Shown here: positions 11,053 through 20,117 of the stretch, piece by piece
Layout: each line of letters starts with the position of its first letter
How positions within the stretch are numbered: position 1 is the stretch's first letter
NCBI GenBank assembly: GCA_900617105.1
Contig: UYFQ01000842.1
Location: 62,001 to 126,000, forward strand
DNA length: 64,000 bases
Reading direction: 5' to 3'
Origin: Hydrurus foetidus
Taxonomy: Eukaryota
The notes under the pieces: generated by a model
What the model was told of the DNA's origin: nothing
Seen by the model: only the letters and a program-made list of their open reading frames with translations
Databases searched by the model: none
Position numbers and translations under genes: made by a program

Positions 11053-11610
11053 ATGGCTGCGTTGGTGCTTTTCTTACCCGATCTTGCAAGTGCGCAAGAT
11101 GGCGGTATCGGAATCAATGGCCAACTATCTATGGTCAACGATCCGCGGGAAGCGGACATGTACCCATGGCTGAAGATCAGCAAACTCTTTGACGCCAAAA
11201 ATCTCCGTGAAGCGAATGGAGAAGTTGTCTACAACCTTTGGCTCGACGGTGATCACACCTATACAGTCAACGGCTACGGGACACATTCCATCATTGGCGA
11301 TGGCGCGGCGTTGCGTGCGTCTGTTGAGCAGGGCCACATTGACCATGCGCAAGCCATGCACGTGATGCATTACTTGCAGTCCCATTCATGGAACATGCAT
11401 CTAGGCTCGTACTTGTCGAACCGGGTTTTCGGTTTGATCAATTCCGAGCGCCTCAATCGCTTCATCTACCCCACATTGGCTGGTCGTAAGACGCTGAGTT
11501 ATCGGGCCTTGACGGCCGGGATGTACACCGTTGGTCTTGTGGCCAGTCTGTTTGTGTCTACCTACCGAACAACGCATGAAAGTGTCATCGTGAGTGCTGC
11601 AACGGCTTGA
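11053..11610 (+). CDS. Chimeric/5'-truncated protein containing the C-terminal motifs of a Hint (intein-like) domain
   Basis: VYNLWLDGDHTYTVNGYGTHS resembles Hint blocks F/G; N-terminus resembles an unrelated signal peptide. Confidence 0.55.
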   Translation: MAALVLFLPDLASAQDGGIGINGQLSMVNDPREADMYPWLKISKLFDAKNLREANGEVVYNLWLDGDHTYTVNGYGTHSIIGDGAALRASVEQGHIDHAQAMHVMHYLQSHSWNMHLGSYLSNRVFGLINSERLNRFIYPTLAGRKTLSYRALTAGMYTVGLVASLFVSTYRTTHESVIVSAATA

Positions 11611-11629
11611 GATACATTTCCTACGTTTC

Positions 11630-11660
11630 AAAAGACCAACTTTCGAGTTGGTTTTTTTTT
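11630..11660 (+). terminator. Rho-independent terminator
   Basis: AAAAGACCAACT-TTCG-AGTTGG followed by T9. Confidence 0.85.
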
Positions 11661-12155
11661 GGATTTGACAACGCAAGACTTTATGCAAACATAGAGTTTT
11701 AACAAAGGACAAAGAATGAAAAAGACACTAATGGGTATTTTGCTTGTGGGAGCGCAGATGTTGCTTGGGGCAGCAATGGCCGCTGGATCAATCGGCATTG
11801 CAGACATCAAGGACGGCGCAGAGTTCTCTGCTGATACGGTGGATATGGGCTTTGGTCCACCCATCATGTTGCCAGCCGGTAAAAAATGGCAGGTTATCAA
11901 GCGGACGGAATTCGAGGCCTTTACAAAGAATTGGTCTATGGTACGGTTCACTTTGCTGAATGCATCTTCCACAGACACGCTTCAAATGGTCACCATTGCA
12001 ACCAATCGATCCCGTGTTGCTGTACCAGCACCGACTGCGGACAAGTGCATCAAAGTACCAGGAACGTTGACCCAAAATTATCGAAGCCTTGGGTCCCCCC
12101 TGTGTCAGACTAGTTGTCGCCTCTAACGAATTTAATCTTAGAGACTCAAACAACA

Positions 12156-12641
12156 ATGAAATCCCAATATTCAGAAGAATTTATCGAACAGGCGCTGGTC
12201 AAGCTGCTGTCCCGTGGGAGCCGATCGGTCAAGTCCGTAGCCCAAGAGTTGAACGTGAATTACCACACAGCGAAGAATTGGTTAAAGCCAGGATCGACAG
12301 TCAAAGCCGATTCGCCATCCGTAAAAGAGAGACGCCCGCAGGACTGGAATGCCCAAGATCAGCTCGTTGCACTGCATGAAACCCACGCCCTGTCTGGCGA
12401 CGCTTTGCAAGCCTGGTGTCGCGCGCGCGGGTTGTTTGCCCACCATCTGACGACCTGGCGGGTAGCTTTTTGCGAGACAGCCAAGGCCGGTCCTGGGGCT
12501 CGGGAACTGCGTACCCTGAAGGACGAGAACGATCAACTAAAGCGTGATCTGTTACGCAAAGAGAAAGCTTTGGCAGAGGCCGCAGCGCTACTGATTCTGC
12601 AAAAAAAGTTCCGTGCGCTGTGGGAGGACGAGGCCAAATGA
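12156..12641 (+). CDS. IS3-family transposase OrfA
   Basis: HTH N-terminus, coiled coil LLRKEKALAEAAALL; AAAAAAG slippery site near 12602-12608. Confidence 0.9.
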   Translation: MKSQYSEEFIEQALVKLLSRGSRSVKSVAQELNVNYHTAKNWLKPGSTVKADSPSVKERRPQDWNAQDQLVALHETHALSGDALQAWCRARGLFAHHLTTWRVAFCETAKAGPGARELRTLKDENDQLKRDLLRKEKALAEAAALLILQKKFRALWEDEAK

Positions 12642-13717
12642 GCACACTCACAGCGCGCAGCAACATCATCGCCCTTGTGGGCCAGGCCATCCAAGACGGG
12701 GCACGCCAAGACCGCGCCTGCGAGGTGATCTCCTTGAGCGAGCGCACTTTGCAGCGTTGGCAGCGCGACCAATCCCGGGGGGACCAACGGCCTATTCGCG
12801 TGCAGGAGCCAAAGAACGCGCTCAGTGCGCAGGAACGCCAGGCTGTTCTGGCAGTGGCTCAGTCGCAGGAGTTCGGGCATCTGTGCCCCAGTCAGATCGT
12901 TCCCCGCTTGGCCGACCAGGGGAACTACGTGGCCTCTGAATCGACGTTTTACCGCGTCCTCAAAGCAGCAAACCAGCTCCAGCACCGTGGGGCCGAGCGT
13001 CCCCGTACCAAGCGCAGCAAACCGCGTGCGCTGGTCGCTACAGCGCCCAGGCAGTTGTTCAGCTGGGACATTACGTACTTGCCCACGCGGGTGGTGGGGG
13101 GCTTCTTTTACCTGTACCTGTTTTTGGACATTTTTAGCCGCAAGATCGTGGGATGGCAGGTCTACGATTGCGAGAGCAGTGAGCTGGCCGGCGAGGTGAT
13201 GCGTGATATTTGCATGCGTGAAAACATCGCGCCCAACCAAGTGGTTCTGCATTCTGACAACGGCAGCCCGATGAAGGGCGCCACAATGCTGGCCACCTTG
13301 CAGGATCTGGGCGTGGTGCCAACGTTCAGTCGTCCCTCGGTGAGCAATGACAACCCGTTCTCGGAATCACTTTTTAAGACCCTGAAATACCGCCCCCATT
13401 ACCCTGCACGGGCGTTTGAGAGTCTTCTGGCTGCACGCCAATGGGTAGGCCAGTTCGTGCACTGGTACAACCGGGAACACCGCCACAGCGCAGTCCGCTT
13501 TGTAACGCCACACGAGCGCCATGAAGGTCTGGAGAATGGTCTGCTGCAGCGCAGAGATGACGTTTACGAAGCGGCCAAAGCAGCCAATCCACAGCGCTGG
13601 AGCGGGGCCACCAGGAACTGGCAGCCGGTGCGTGTTGTCCACCTGAATCCCGATCAGTCGAGTGTCAAGAAAATTCGTCGAAAGGAAGAACGCTCGGAAC
13701 TCAAAAAAGTCGCATAA
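12638..13717 (+). CDS. IS3-family transposase OrfB (DDE integrase core)
   Basis: SWDITY, LHSDNGS, NDNPFSESLFKTLK. Confidence 0.93.
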   Translation: MSTLTARSNIIALVGQAIQDGARQDRACEVISLSERTLQRWQRDQSRGDQRPIRVQEPKNALSAQERQAVLAVAQSQEFGHLCPSQIVPRLADQGNYVASESTFYRVLKAANQLQHRGAERPRTKRSKPRALVATAPRQLFSWDITYLPTRVVGGFFYLYLFLDIFSRKIVGWQVYDCESSELAGEVMRDICMRENIAPNQVVLHSDNGSPMKGATMLATLQDLGVVPTFSRPSVSNDNPFSESLFKTLKYRPHYPARAFESLLAARQWVGQFVHWYNREHRHSAVRFVTPHERHEGLENGLLQRRDDVYEAAKAANPQRWSGATRNWQPVRVVHLNPDQSSVKKIRRKEERSELKKVA

Positions 13718-14512
13718 CACTTACTCTTAGGCGACAACTAGCTTGACATCCTCCGGGTCCAATTTGTATGGTTGCTCAGCGCTACTGTCATTTCCCGACT
13801 TGAAGGCAACGCTTCCCGACATTATTGCTACGACTCTCGAAGATCAATCGTTGGGATTTCTCACCGGGCTACTCAAGCCACTCGCAACTAACTCTGCACT
13901 GTTTGAACGGATTGGTAGCAATCCACTGATCGCAAGCGATGTGATGTATCGGTTTGGAAAACAGAATACTTTCTATTCTGTAATTCTTCGAAACAACACT
14001 GCCTACTCGCCTAAGGCGGATCCTGCTTTGGACGTCAAACTGGATGCATGGGTACGGGACTTCTTTACGACGGCCCATTCGTATTTGAATGAAGATCCAG
14101 TTCTTAAAGTGGCTACGTTGCAAGTGCCTGACATGGGATCATTTGTGCCCACCGTTCAGGTGCCGAAACCGCCATCATCTGATACAGTGAAGATGCGGGC
14201 GCAAAATGGAACGGCACTTTGGATGCACGAAAAGTTTGCCCCACTGCCGAAGAACAACAGAATTCTCTTGGCGACAAAGGATCGAGTACGGTTACGTTGG
14301 TTGACCGGTGGGTGGTTGATGGATTTGATGATAGCTGGTGGAGTGACCTTCAGTTTCCCGAGGGAAGGACTCTACGAGTTCGTCATCATCAACGATGACG
14401 TTTACGAAAACTTCCCGACACAGATGGCCGATTGAGTCGTTCCGAGCCAGCAGTTGCCAATAGAGGCGATTGCTGGCTCCAATCGTTCCAGTCCTTGATA
14501 TTTTGATTCCGC

Positions 14513-15138
14513 TTAGCGGTTGACTGCCAATAGCAGCCTGGCACCAAGCCATCGGCTGATCAATTGGCCAGAGACGTTCTGAGCCTCCTCCAACGAAGTC
14601 TGATTACTGGACCAGCGATTTTCTGGAGAAATAACCATTTGTAGCCCGTTTTGTGCGGAGCGCAGGTGAGGCCACAAAATCGTAGATTCATAGCACCAGG
14701 AAATGTGCACCTGGTGCCCATCTATCACGACGGGCCGATTCGGCCAATTCATAGCGTAGTGCTCATACCGACGCCAAGGGTGCCACATCGTCGCTGGGAA
14801 CGTCACCGCTGCCCGAACACCCTTTAGCGCAGCAGCTATGCGCCGCGATTTTTCGCTGATCCCGAAGACCTGAACGGTGGCCACGTTTCCCAACCCATCG
14901 TCCGCGAGATCATTGGCGCCCACGATGAAGGTAACGTCTCGGTTTCCAATGGCCTGGTTCCACATTGCTTCGGTAAACTCGCTCCGGTCGTAGAGCAGTC
15001 CCTCTGCCAAAAACACTACTGAACCCTCTGGCAGATTGGGTACCGTCTCTGCCACTAGTGCCGGCAGTGCCACATTTCCCACCTGTAGGCGCGACTCCTC
15101 ATCCTTGCCGTTTTCACCAAAATTTGTATTTAGTGCAA
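14513..15138 (-). pseudogene. 5'-truncated TraB-like (Ti-plasmid type, CN-hydrolase/Lnt-like) conjugation gene fragment, copy 1
   Basis: C-terminus SWCYESTILWPHLRS...PENRW...SRWLGARLLLAVNR resembles Ti TraB (ICYEQL..WP..N.WW...W.RLF...A.N, recalled); fused to an IS91 fragment. Confidence 0.55.
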
Positions 15139-15310
15139 ACCATGCGCCGCGTGTTGCACAAGGGGCAGACGCCACGGCCTTTGCAGGAATAGGCCACAAA
15201 GTGTGTCGTACCCGCAGTCATCACACCAGGTCCGGGCAAAGCCGTGGGCAAAGATGCAGCATTCCAGATACTTGAGAAAGGCTTGGCGGACGTAGGGGTT
15301 GGGGGTGTGG
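15139..15310 (-). mobile_element. IS91/ISCR transposase Zn-binding domain remnant, copy 1
   Basis: Translates, with a frameshift, to PYVRQAFLKYLECCIFAHGFARTWCDDCG...VAYSCKGRGVCPLCNTRRMV. Confidence 0.85.
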
Positions 15311-15444
15311 CGGCGGGCATTCCGGTGGTCATCACCTTCCTGCTCATCGCCTCCAGCATGGCGCCGCTGTACCAGGGCAAGCTGTGGGCCTTGGGTGCGC
15401 TGCCCTAGCGGCGCTACACCGCCGCCATGGCGCAGAATTTATAA
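15311..15444 (+). repeat. Internally deleted copy of the gatC 3' end
   Basis: Matches 10719-10986 with ~108-bp and ~27-bp deletions; ends GCGCAGAATTTATAA as gatC does. Confidence 0.92.
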
Positions 15445-15500
15445 GAAACTGGTCGCTAGCCCCCGTGGAATATTCGCGAGCAGCTACTAAATATGTAGCA
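15445..15500 (+). repeat. Intergenic repeat copy 2
   Basis: GAAACTGGTCGCTAGCCCCCGTGGAATATTCGCGAGCAGCTACTAAATATGTAGCA. Confidence 0.85.
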
Positions 15501-15504
15501 TTCT

Positions 15505-15665
15505 CGCGCTAGACCACCACGCGGGTCACGCGCACCCCGGGCTGGGAGCCGTCTACTTTGTTGACAGCGATGGCGCAGATGGCGCTTTGGCAACGATAGC
15601 GCAGCTTGAAACCCGGCCAGTTGGCAGGCAGGCACGGCGCAAAGTGCAAGGCCCTCGCCTCCAAG
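15505..15665 (-). repeat. Internally deleted copy of the cgs 3' end
   Basis: Encodes LHFAPCLPANWPGFKLRYR...GVRV then a stop; matches 39268-39505 with an 81-bp deletion at CGCAC. Confidence 0.92.
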
Positions 15666-15699
15666 CTGCGCGTTCCGTTTAGTGTGCACCGTTTTGCCA

Positions 15700-16695
15700 T
15701 TACGGATTCAGTGTTTGCTGAATTCCAGACAGCACCCATCCGCTGTTTCCCTGGCGGGACTTCATCAAATGCCAGACCTCGTCAATAGCCTCATCCAGCG
15801 CGGTGGCATCGTCGCGGATCACGGCCTTGAAACGCACACTCACCAAATAGCGGTCGGCATCCTCATCTACTTCAATCACTTCAGCTTGCACACTGACTAC
15901 ATCCGTTTTTTGGCGCACTGTGCCGCGATCGGCCAATTCCAGCTTGATTTCGGCAAACATTTCTGGCGTGGTGAACTGGCGGATATCGTTCAGGTCTTCT
16001 GCATCATTGGCAGCTTGCAGACGAATAAAGTTCACCTTGGCATTGCGCTCAAAGCCCGCCGTGTCAAAGTCCGCGGGAATGCTGCTTGCAGGATGGCTGG
16101 TGCCACCTACAGAAGCCCCGATACCTGAACCAATCGCCGAGCCGATACCCGTGCCGATACTTGCTCCCGAGGCGCCGCTGCCCGACGCAGGCATATAGAC
16201 TTTGTATGCAGGGGCGCTATGTGAAGGGTTTTGATTGTCAGCGTCGCGGGCATTGCCTGCGTTCAATCGGGCGTACTGCATGCCAGGTGGAGCTACGGGG
16301 TTTGATTGCTGTGCCGCCGCGCGCTTGCGCATAAAAAAGCCAATTGCTGCGACAACTGCTGCGGCAAGCAAACCCATCATCACCATAGACGCCAATTCAT
16401 CACCAAACCCCATGTGGGACGCCAGCGCGGCTAAGCCCAAGCCCGCGGCGAGCCCGGCAATAGGGCCCATCCACGAACGCGATGGCGCTGCTGCAGCCGC
16501 ACCGGCTGCACCAGCGGCAGCCGGTGTGGTGGCTGCGGCTGGTGTTACTGTGGAGGAGGCTTTGTCAGGCGTGGCCTGGCGCTGTGTACCCATGGATTTA
16601 CCGGAGCCGATTCGCTTTGCAGCCTCAGCGTCCAGAGTTACCGTTGACAAGCCTATGGCAAAAGTCACGGCTAAAAGTGAAAGCAAGCGCTTCAT
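15700..16695 (-). CDS. Tim44-domain membrane/exported protein
   Basis: AEAAKRIGSGKSMG, SWMGPIAGLAAGLG, IPADFD..GF...FIRLQAA, EVWHL...W.LSGIQQ. Confidence 0.88.
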   Translation of the reverse strand: MKRLLSLLAVTFAIGLSTVTLDAEAAKRIGSGKSMGTQRQATPDKASSTVTPAAATTPAAAGAAGAAAAAPSRSWMGPIAGLAAGLGLAALASHMGFGDELASMVMMGLLAAAVVAAIGFFMRKRAAAQQSNPVAPPGMQYARLNAGNARDADNQNPSHSAPAYKVYMPASGSGASGASIGTGIGSAIGSGIGASVGGTSHPASSIPADFDTAGFERNAKVNFIRLQAANDAEDLNDIRQFTTPEMFAEIKLELADRGTVRQKTDVVSVQAEVIEVDEDADRYLVSVRFKAVIRDDATALDEAIDEVWHLMKSRQGNSGWVLSGIQQTLNP

Positions 16696-16740
16696 ATAAA
16701 TCTCCTAAAAGTGCAAAAAAAGAAACCGTTTGCTTGGGCT

Positions 16741-17265
16741 TTATTCCGCCGTTAAGCGTGCACGGCGCTTTAACGCCACGCGCAACCGCCAAATCAGCTT
16801 GACCCCGACATAGCCCAGAGCCGCGCCACCTACAGCAAACATCCCCATGCCCAAGACGGTGGGCCATCCAAACTCGGCAAGCCAAGTCGAAGCGCCGCCA
16901 CTGGCAGCAAGCGCCTGGGTCGCGGGTTCGCCCAATACCAGCGCGCCCGCTTGGTACGCCAACCAAAGCCAGAATCCGATCGTCAGAGGATTGGTCACCA
17001 TCGTCATCGCCGCAGCGGCGGGAATGTTGGCGCGCCACCAGGTGCAATGCGCGGCAGCCACCACGATTTGTGCAAACGGAATGACGAACGCCCAAAAAGT
17101 ACCCACGGCAACGCCACGTGCTACGGATTCATGTTGCAGCCGCCACAGCTGCGGATCAAGCAGTCGGCTGGCCACCGGCCTCAGCCACGGGTGTGCGGAC
17201 AAAGCGTCACGGTCGGGCAACGCGTTGTTGAGCCGATCTTTCCAAAGCTGGGGTTTTGCTGTCAT
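16741..17265 (-). CDS. DUF2062-family membrane protein
   Basis: LWRL..ESVARGVAVG, RANIP..TMVTNPLT. Confidence 0.8.
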   Translation of the reverse strand: MTAKPQLWKDRLNNALPDRDALSAHPWLRPVASRLLDPQLWRLQHESVARGVAVGTFWAFVIPFAQIVVAAAHCTWWRANIPAAAAMTMVTNPLTIGFWLWLAYQAGALVLGEPATQALAASGGASTWLAEFGWPTVLGMGMFAVGGAALGYVGVKLIWRLRVALKRRARLTAE

Positions 17266-17423
17266 CAGGCCGCACTCTCTATTAAGAACAGTCGTGATGG
17301 TGTCGTGCAAAGGCCCAATAAGACAGCATGCAAATGCGTGTGAATACTCTTGTTTTTACGAACTAAATATTTGAATTCATCAGTATAAAAATGGGTATAT
17401 TTCTTGTGGCGCGATCTGATGCA

Positions 17424-17482
17424 GTGCCGTCTTTCTGGCACACAGGCAACCGCAAATCGCATGGTTCTCTTCACAGAGTGCC
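17424..17482 (+). ncRNA. Candidate structured cis-regulatory RNA in the terC leader
   Basis: Hairpin GTGCCG/TGGCAC, then a three-way junction GGCA-[ACCGC AAATC GCATGGT]-T-[CTCT TCAC AGAG]-TGCC ending 26 nt before the ATG. Confidence 0.5.
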
Positions 17483-17508
17483 CAAATAACTTACGTTTCA
17501 CGGCTTTT

Positions 17509-18483
17509 ATGCAAACAATTGCTCCCCTGTGGCTCTGGGCCACCTTTGTCGCCATCGTGTTGGTGTCACTTTTTATCGATTTCGTGGTTTTGCGAAAGCA
17601 GGGGTCTCACGACATCAGTGTCAAAGAGGCACTGAATTGGTCCTTGGTCTGGATCGCACTGAGCTTTATGTTCAACGGTCTTTTCTGGTGGGCAGTCAAG
17701 GACACCACTGGCTCGGTGGAAATCGCCAATGCAAAATCCTTGGAATTTTTGACCGGTTACTTGATCGAGAAGTCTTTGGCGGTCGACAATATTTTTGTCT
17801 TCCTGCTGATCTTTACCTACTTCGCCGTGCCGACGCACTACCAAAAGCGGGTGCTGATGATCGGCATCATTGGTGCCATCGTCTTGCGCACCATCATGAT
17901 CTTGGTGGGCGGTTGGTTGTTGGCCGAGTTTCACTGGATCTTGTATGTGTTTGGTGCGTTTCTCATCCTCACGGGCATGAAGATGTGGTGGGCTGCGGGC
18001 AAAGAACCCGACCTGAACGACAACCCTGCGTTGAAGCTGTTGCGCAAGCTGCTGCCGGTAAGCAAAAACTACGATGCTGAGAATTTTTGGACGGTAGAAA
18101 ACGGCAAAAAAATAGCCACGCCCTTGCTGATGGTGATTTGCCTTATCGCGCTGACGGACGTCATTTTTGCAGTGGATTCGATCCCAGCCATTTTTGCGAT
18201 CACCAATGACCCGTTCATTGTCTTAACCAGCAACGTCTTTGCCATATTGGGTTTGCGCGCAATGTACTTTTTGCTGGCTGCGGTGGCCAATAAGTTCCAC
18301 CTGCTCAACTATGGCTTGGCTGTGATTCTGGTGTTTATCGGTACCAAGATGTGCCTTATCGATTTGTACAAAATCCCCGTGAGTGTGTCGCTGGGTGTGG
18401 TGGTCGGTATCTTGGCGTTGACCATGCTGCTGAGCGTGCGTACGGCCAAAAAACGTGATGTGCAATCAGAGGGCAGGCTTTAA
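17509..18483 (+). CDS. TerC/Alx-family membrane protein
   Basis: GYLIEKSLAVDNIFVF, DVIFAVDSIPAIFAIT, TSNVFAILGLRAMYF. Confidence 0.93.
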   Translation: MQTIAPLWLWATFVAIVLVSLFIDFVVLRKQGSHDISVKEALNWSLVWIALSFMFNGLFWWAVKDTTGSVEIANAKSLEFLTGYLIEKSLAVDNIFVFLLIFTYFAVPTHYQKRVLMIGIIGAIVLRTIMILVGGWLLAEFHWILYVFGAFLILTGMKMWWAAGKEPDLNDNPALKLLRKLLPVSKNYDAENFWTVENGKKIATPLLMVICLIALTDVIFAVDSIPAIFAITNDPFIVLTSNVFAILGLRAMYFLLAAVANKFHLLNYGLAVILVFIGTKMCLIDLYKIPVSVSLGVVVGILALTMLLSVRTAKKRDVQSEGRL

Positions 18484-19350
18484 AAGGCGCAGTACAAGTG
18501 GATGCTGCACTTTCTTTTCGGTACCAATCGCAAAGAAGTGCTCTTTCACACCCTCGCAGTGCCCCAGTCGTTTGACGGCGTAGTGGGTCAGCAAGTCTTC
18601 ATGCACCCACTCTGCGGCCGGAAAAATACCCATCCCGTTGGCCCCAAAAGTCTTCAATAGAGCGCTGTCTTCAAACTCGCCCACGATTCGGGGGCGTATC
18701 GCGTGTTGCTCGAACCATTGGTCTAGCCGCGCGCGAACAGCGGTGTGTGCGGTGGGCAGCAACAAAGGCAGTTGCGCGAGGCATTGGGGGTAGTTTTTCC
18801 CCGCCGCTTTGACCAACGCCGCCGCGCCGTACCAGCCCACCGCCGATGAACCCAAATTGTGGCTATACAGCTTGATATTGGGATTCACGGGTGCAGGGCG
18901 GTCTGACAACACCACATCCAGGCGGTGCAGCGCCAAATCCCCCAGCAGGTCGTCCAACTCTCCTTCGTGGCACATCAGCCGCAAGTTGGGCTCATCTATC
19001 ACGGGTTGCATCAGCCGGTGCACCACCAGCTTGGGTAACCCGTCGCAAATACCCACTGCCAGACGCACGGTGGGCGCGCTCACGGCGTCTCGCACCAAGG
19101 CAGGCAGTTCCTCACCGAGTTGAAAAATCTGGTCGGCTTGCTGCAGTGCGGCCAAGCCTGCATCGGTCAAAACCAAGCCGCGCCCGGCTGGCTTCAGTAG
19201 CGCGTAGCCCAAAGAGCGCTCCAGCTCGCGCACCTGGGCGCTCACGGTTTGCACCGCCATATCCAGCTTGCCAGCTGCCCGGGTGATACCTCCTTCTTTG
19301 GCCACTACCCAAAAGTAATACAGGTGCTTGTAGTTAAAGGGTGTACTCAT
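18466..19350 (-). CDS. NhaR-like LysR-family regulator
   Basis: FNYKHLYYFWVVAKEGGITRAA, GEFEDSALLKTFG. Confidence 0.9.
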   Translation of the reverse strand: MSTPFNYKHLYYFWVVAKEGGITRAAGKLDMAVQTVSAQVRELERSLGYALLKPAGRGLVLTDAGLAALQQADQIFQLGEELPALVRDAVSAPTVRLAVGICDGLPKLVVHRLMQPVIDEPNLRLMCHEGELDDLLGDLALHRLDVVLSDRPAPVNPNIKLYSHNLGSSAVGWYGAAALVKAAGKNYPQCLAQLPLLLPTAHTAVRARLDQWFEQHAIRPRIVGEFEDSALLKTFGANGMGIFPAAEWVHEDLLTHYAVKRLGHCEGVKEHFFAIGTEKKVQHPLVLRLLKPAL

Positions 19351-19450
19351 ATGTAGGTTTTTCGGGACTATGGGTAAGAAATTATCTGCTTTTTTAGGAT
19401 CTACATAGGCTCTATCGTCAAGCCTTGTTTTACCTACCGGAGACATTGCA

Positions 19451-19792
19451 ATGCAAATCATTTTTGAATCCCGTGACGCCGATGGCATCCAGATGCGCGA
19501 GGCATCGATGGAGCGTGTTCGCTTCACGCTGCGCCGCCTCAAAACACTGGTTCCGCGCGCCAAAGTGCAGTTCACAGATGTGAACGGCCCCAGAGGCGGC
19601 GTCGACAAGCGATGCCAGGTTGAATTGAGCACCGAGACCGCGGGTACGGTAGTGGTTTCCGGCCTGGCGCGCGACTGGCGCACGGCCCTGGACCAGTGCC
19701 TGAGACGCGCCACGCGCATGCTCACTCGCGGCCTGCAACGCCAACAAAAGCCCGTGCGCGGCCGCAGCGCCCGGCTCGCCCTCGATAGTTGA
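19451..19792 (+). CDS. HPF/RaiA-family ribosome-associated-like protein
   Basis: DVNGPRGGVDKRCQVEL motif; GGAG RBS; divergent from the LysR gene. Confidence 0.78.
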   Translation: MQIIFESRDADGIQMREASMERVRFTLRRLKTLVPRAKVQFTDVNGPRGGVDKRCQVELSTETAGTVVVSGLARDWRTALDQCLRRATRMLTRGLQRQQKPVRGRSARLALDS

Positions 19793-19881
19793 ATCTGGCA
19801 CTCGACCGTATACGTACACCATGAATTTTTTCTACTTGCCCTTTATCGCCGCGATCTTGAACCGCCATCAAGGTGATTCCA

Positions 19882-20052
19882 ATGAGTGAACTAGCCGTCC
19901 CAGACATTGCCATCGGCGCACTGACATTGGCCGCTGCCGTTCTGTATGCCGCCTGGCACGAATACGCTACCAAGAATCATCGCGATGCCAAATTGCTGGC
20001 GGCTGTCGGTGCATTCAGTCTGGTTGGCGGTGCGGCGGCTTGGATTTGGTGA
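19882..20052 (+). CDS. Small 56-aa two-TM membrane protein (absent from the ORF track)
   Basis: MSELAVPDIAIGALTLAAAVLYAAWHEYATKNHRDAKLLAAVGAFSLVGGAAAWIW; AAGGTGA RBS. Confidence 0.6.
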   Translation: MSELAVPDIAIGALTLAAAVLYAAWHEYATKNHRDAKLLAAVGAFSLVGGAAAWIW

Positions 20053-20117
20053 TTTCCCATGGATGGGCACATGGTTACGTGGTGCTCTCCCTTAAAACGC
20101 AACTGTGAAAACTCCCT

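Larger units (their letters stand above)
12097..13754 (+). mobile_element. IS3-family insertion sequence, apparently intact
   Basis: Inverted repeats TGTCAGACTAGTTGTCGCCT (from 12103) and AGGCGACAACTAGCTTGACA (to 13748); flanking direct repeat GGGTCC; orfA/orfB layout. Confidence 0.92.
11716..14435 (+). pseudogene. Exported hypothetical protein (~351 aa) split by an IS3-family insertion
   Basis: Signal peptide MKKTLMG...; removing 12097-13760 (between two GGGTCC copies) rejoins ...NYRSLGS|NLYGCS... in frame. Confidence 0.8.

Noticed and set aside
11665..11697. TTGACA as a sigma70 promoter
   Set aside because: No convincing -10 element at 16-18 bp spacing.
19351..19725. N-terminal extension of the NhaR-like LysR
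   Set aside because: The LysR HTH begins at MSTPFNY (19350); the extension overlaps the divergent HPF-like gene.
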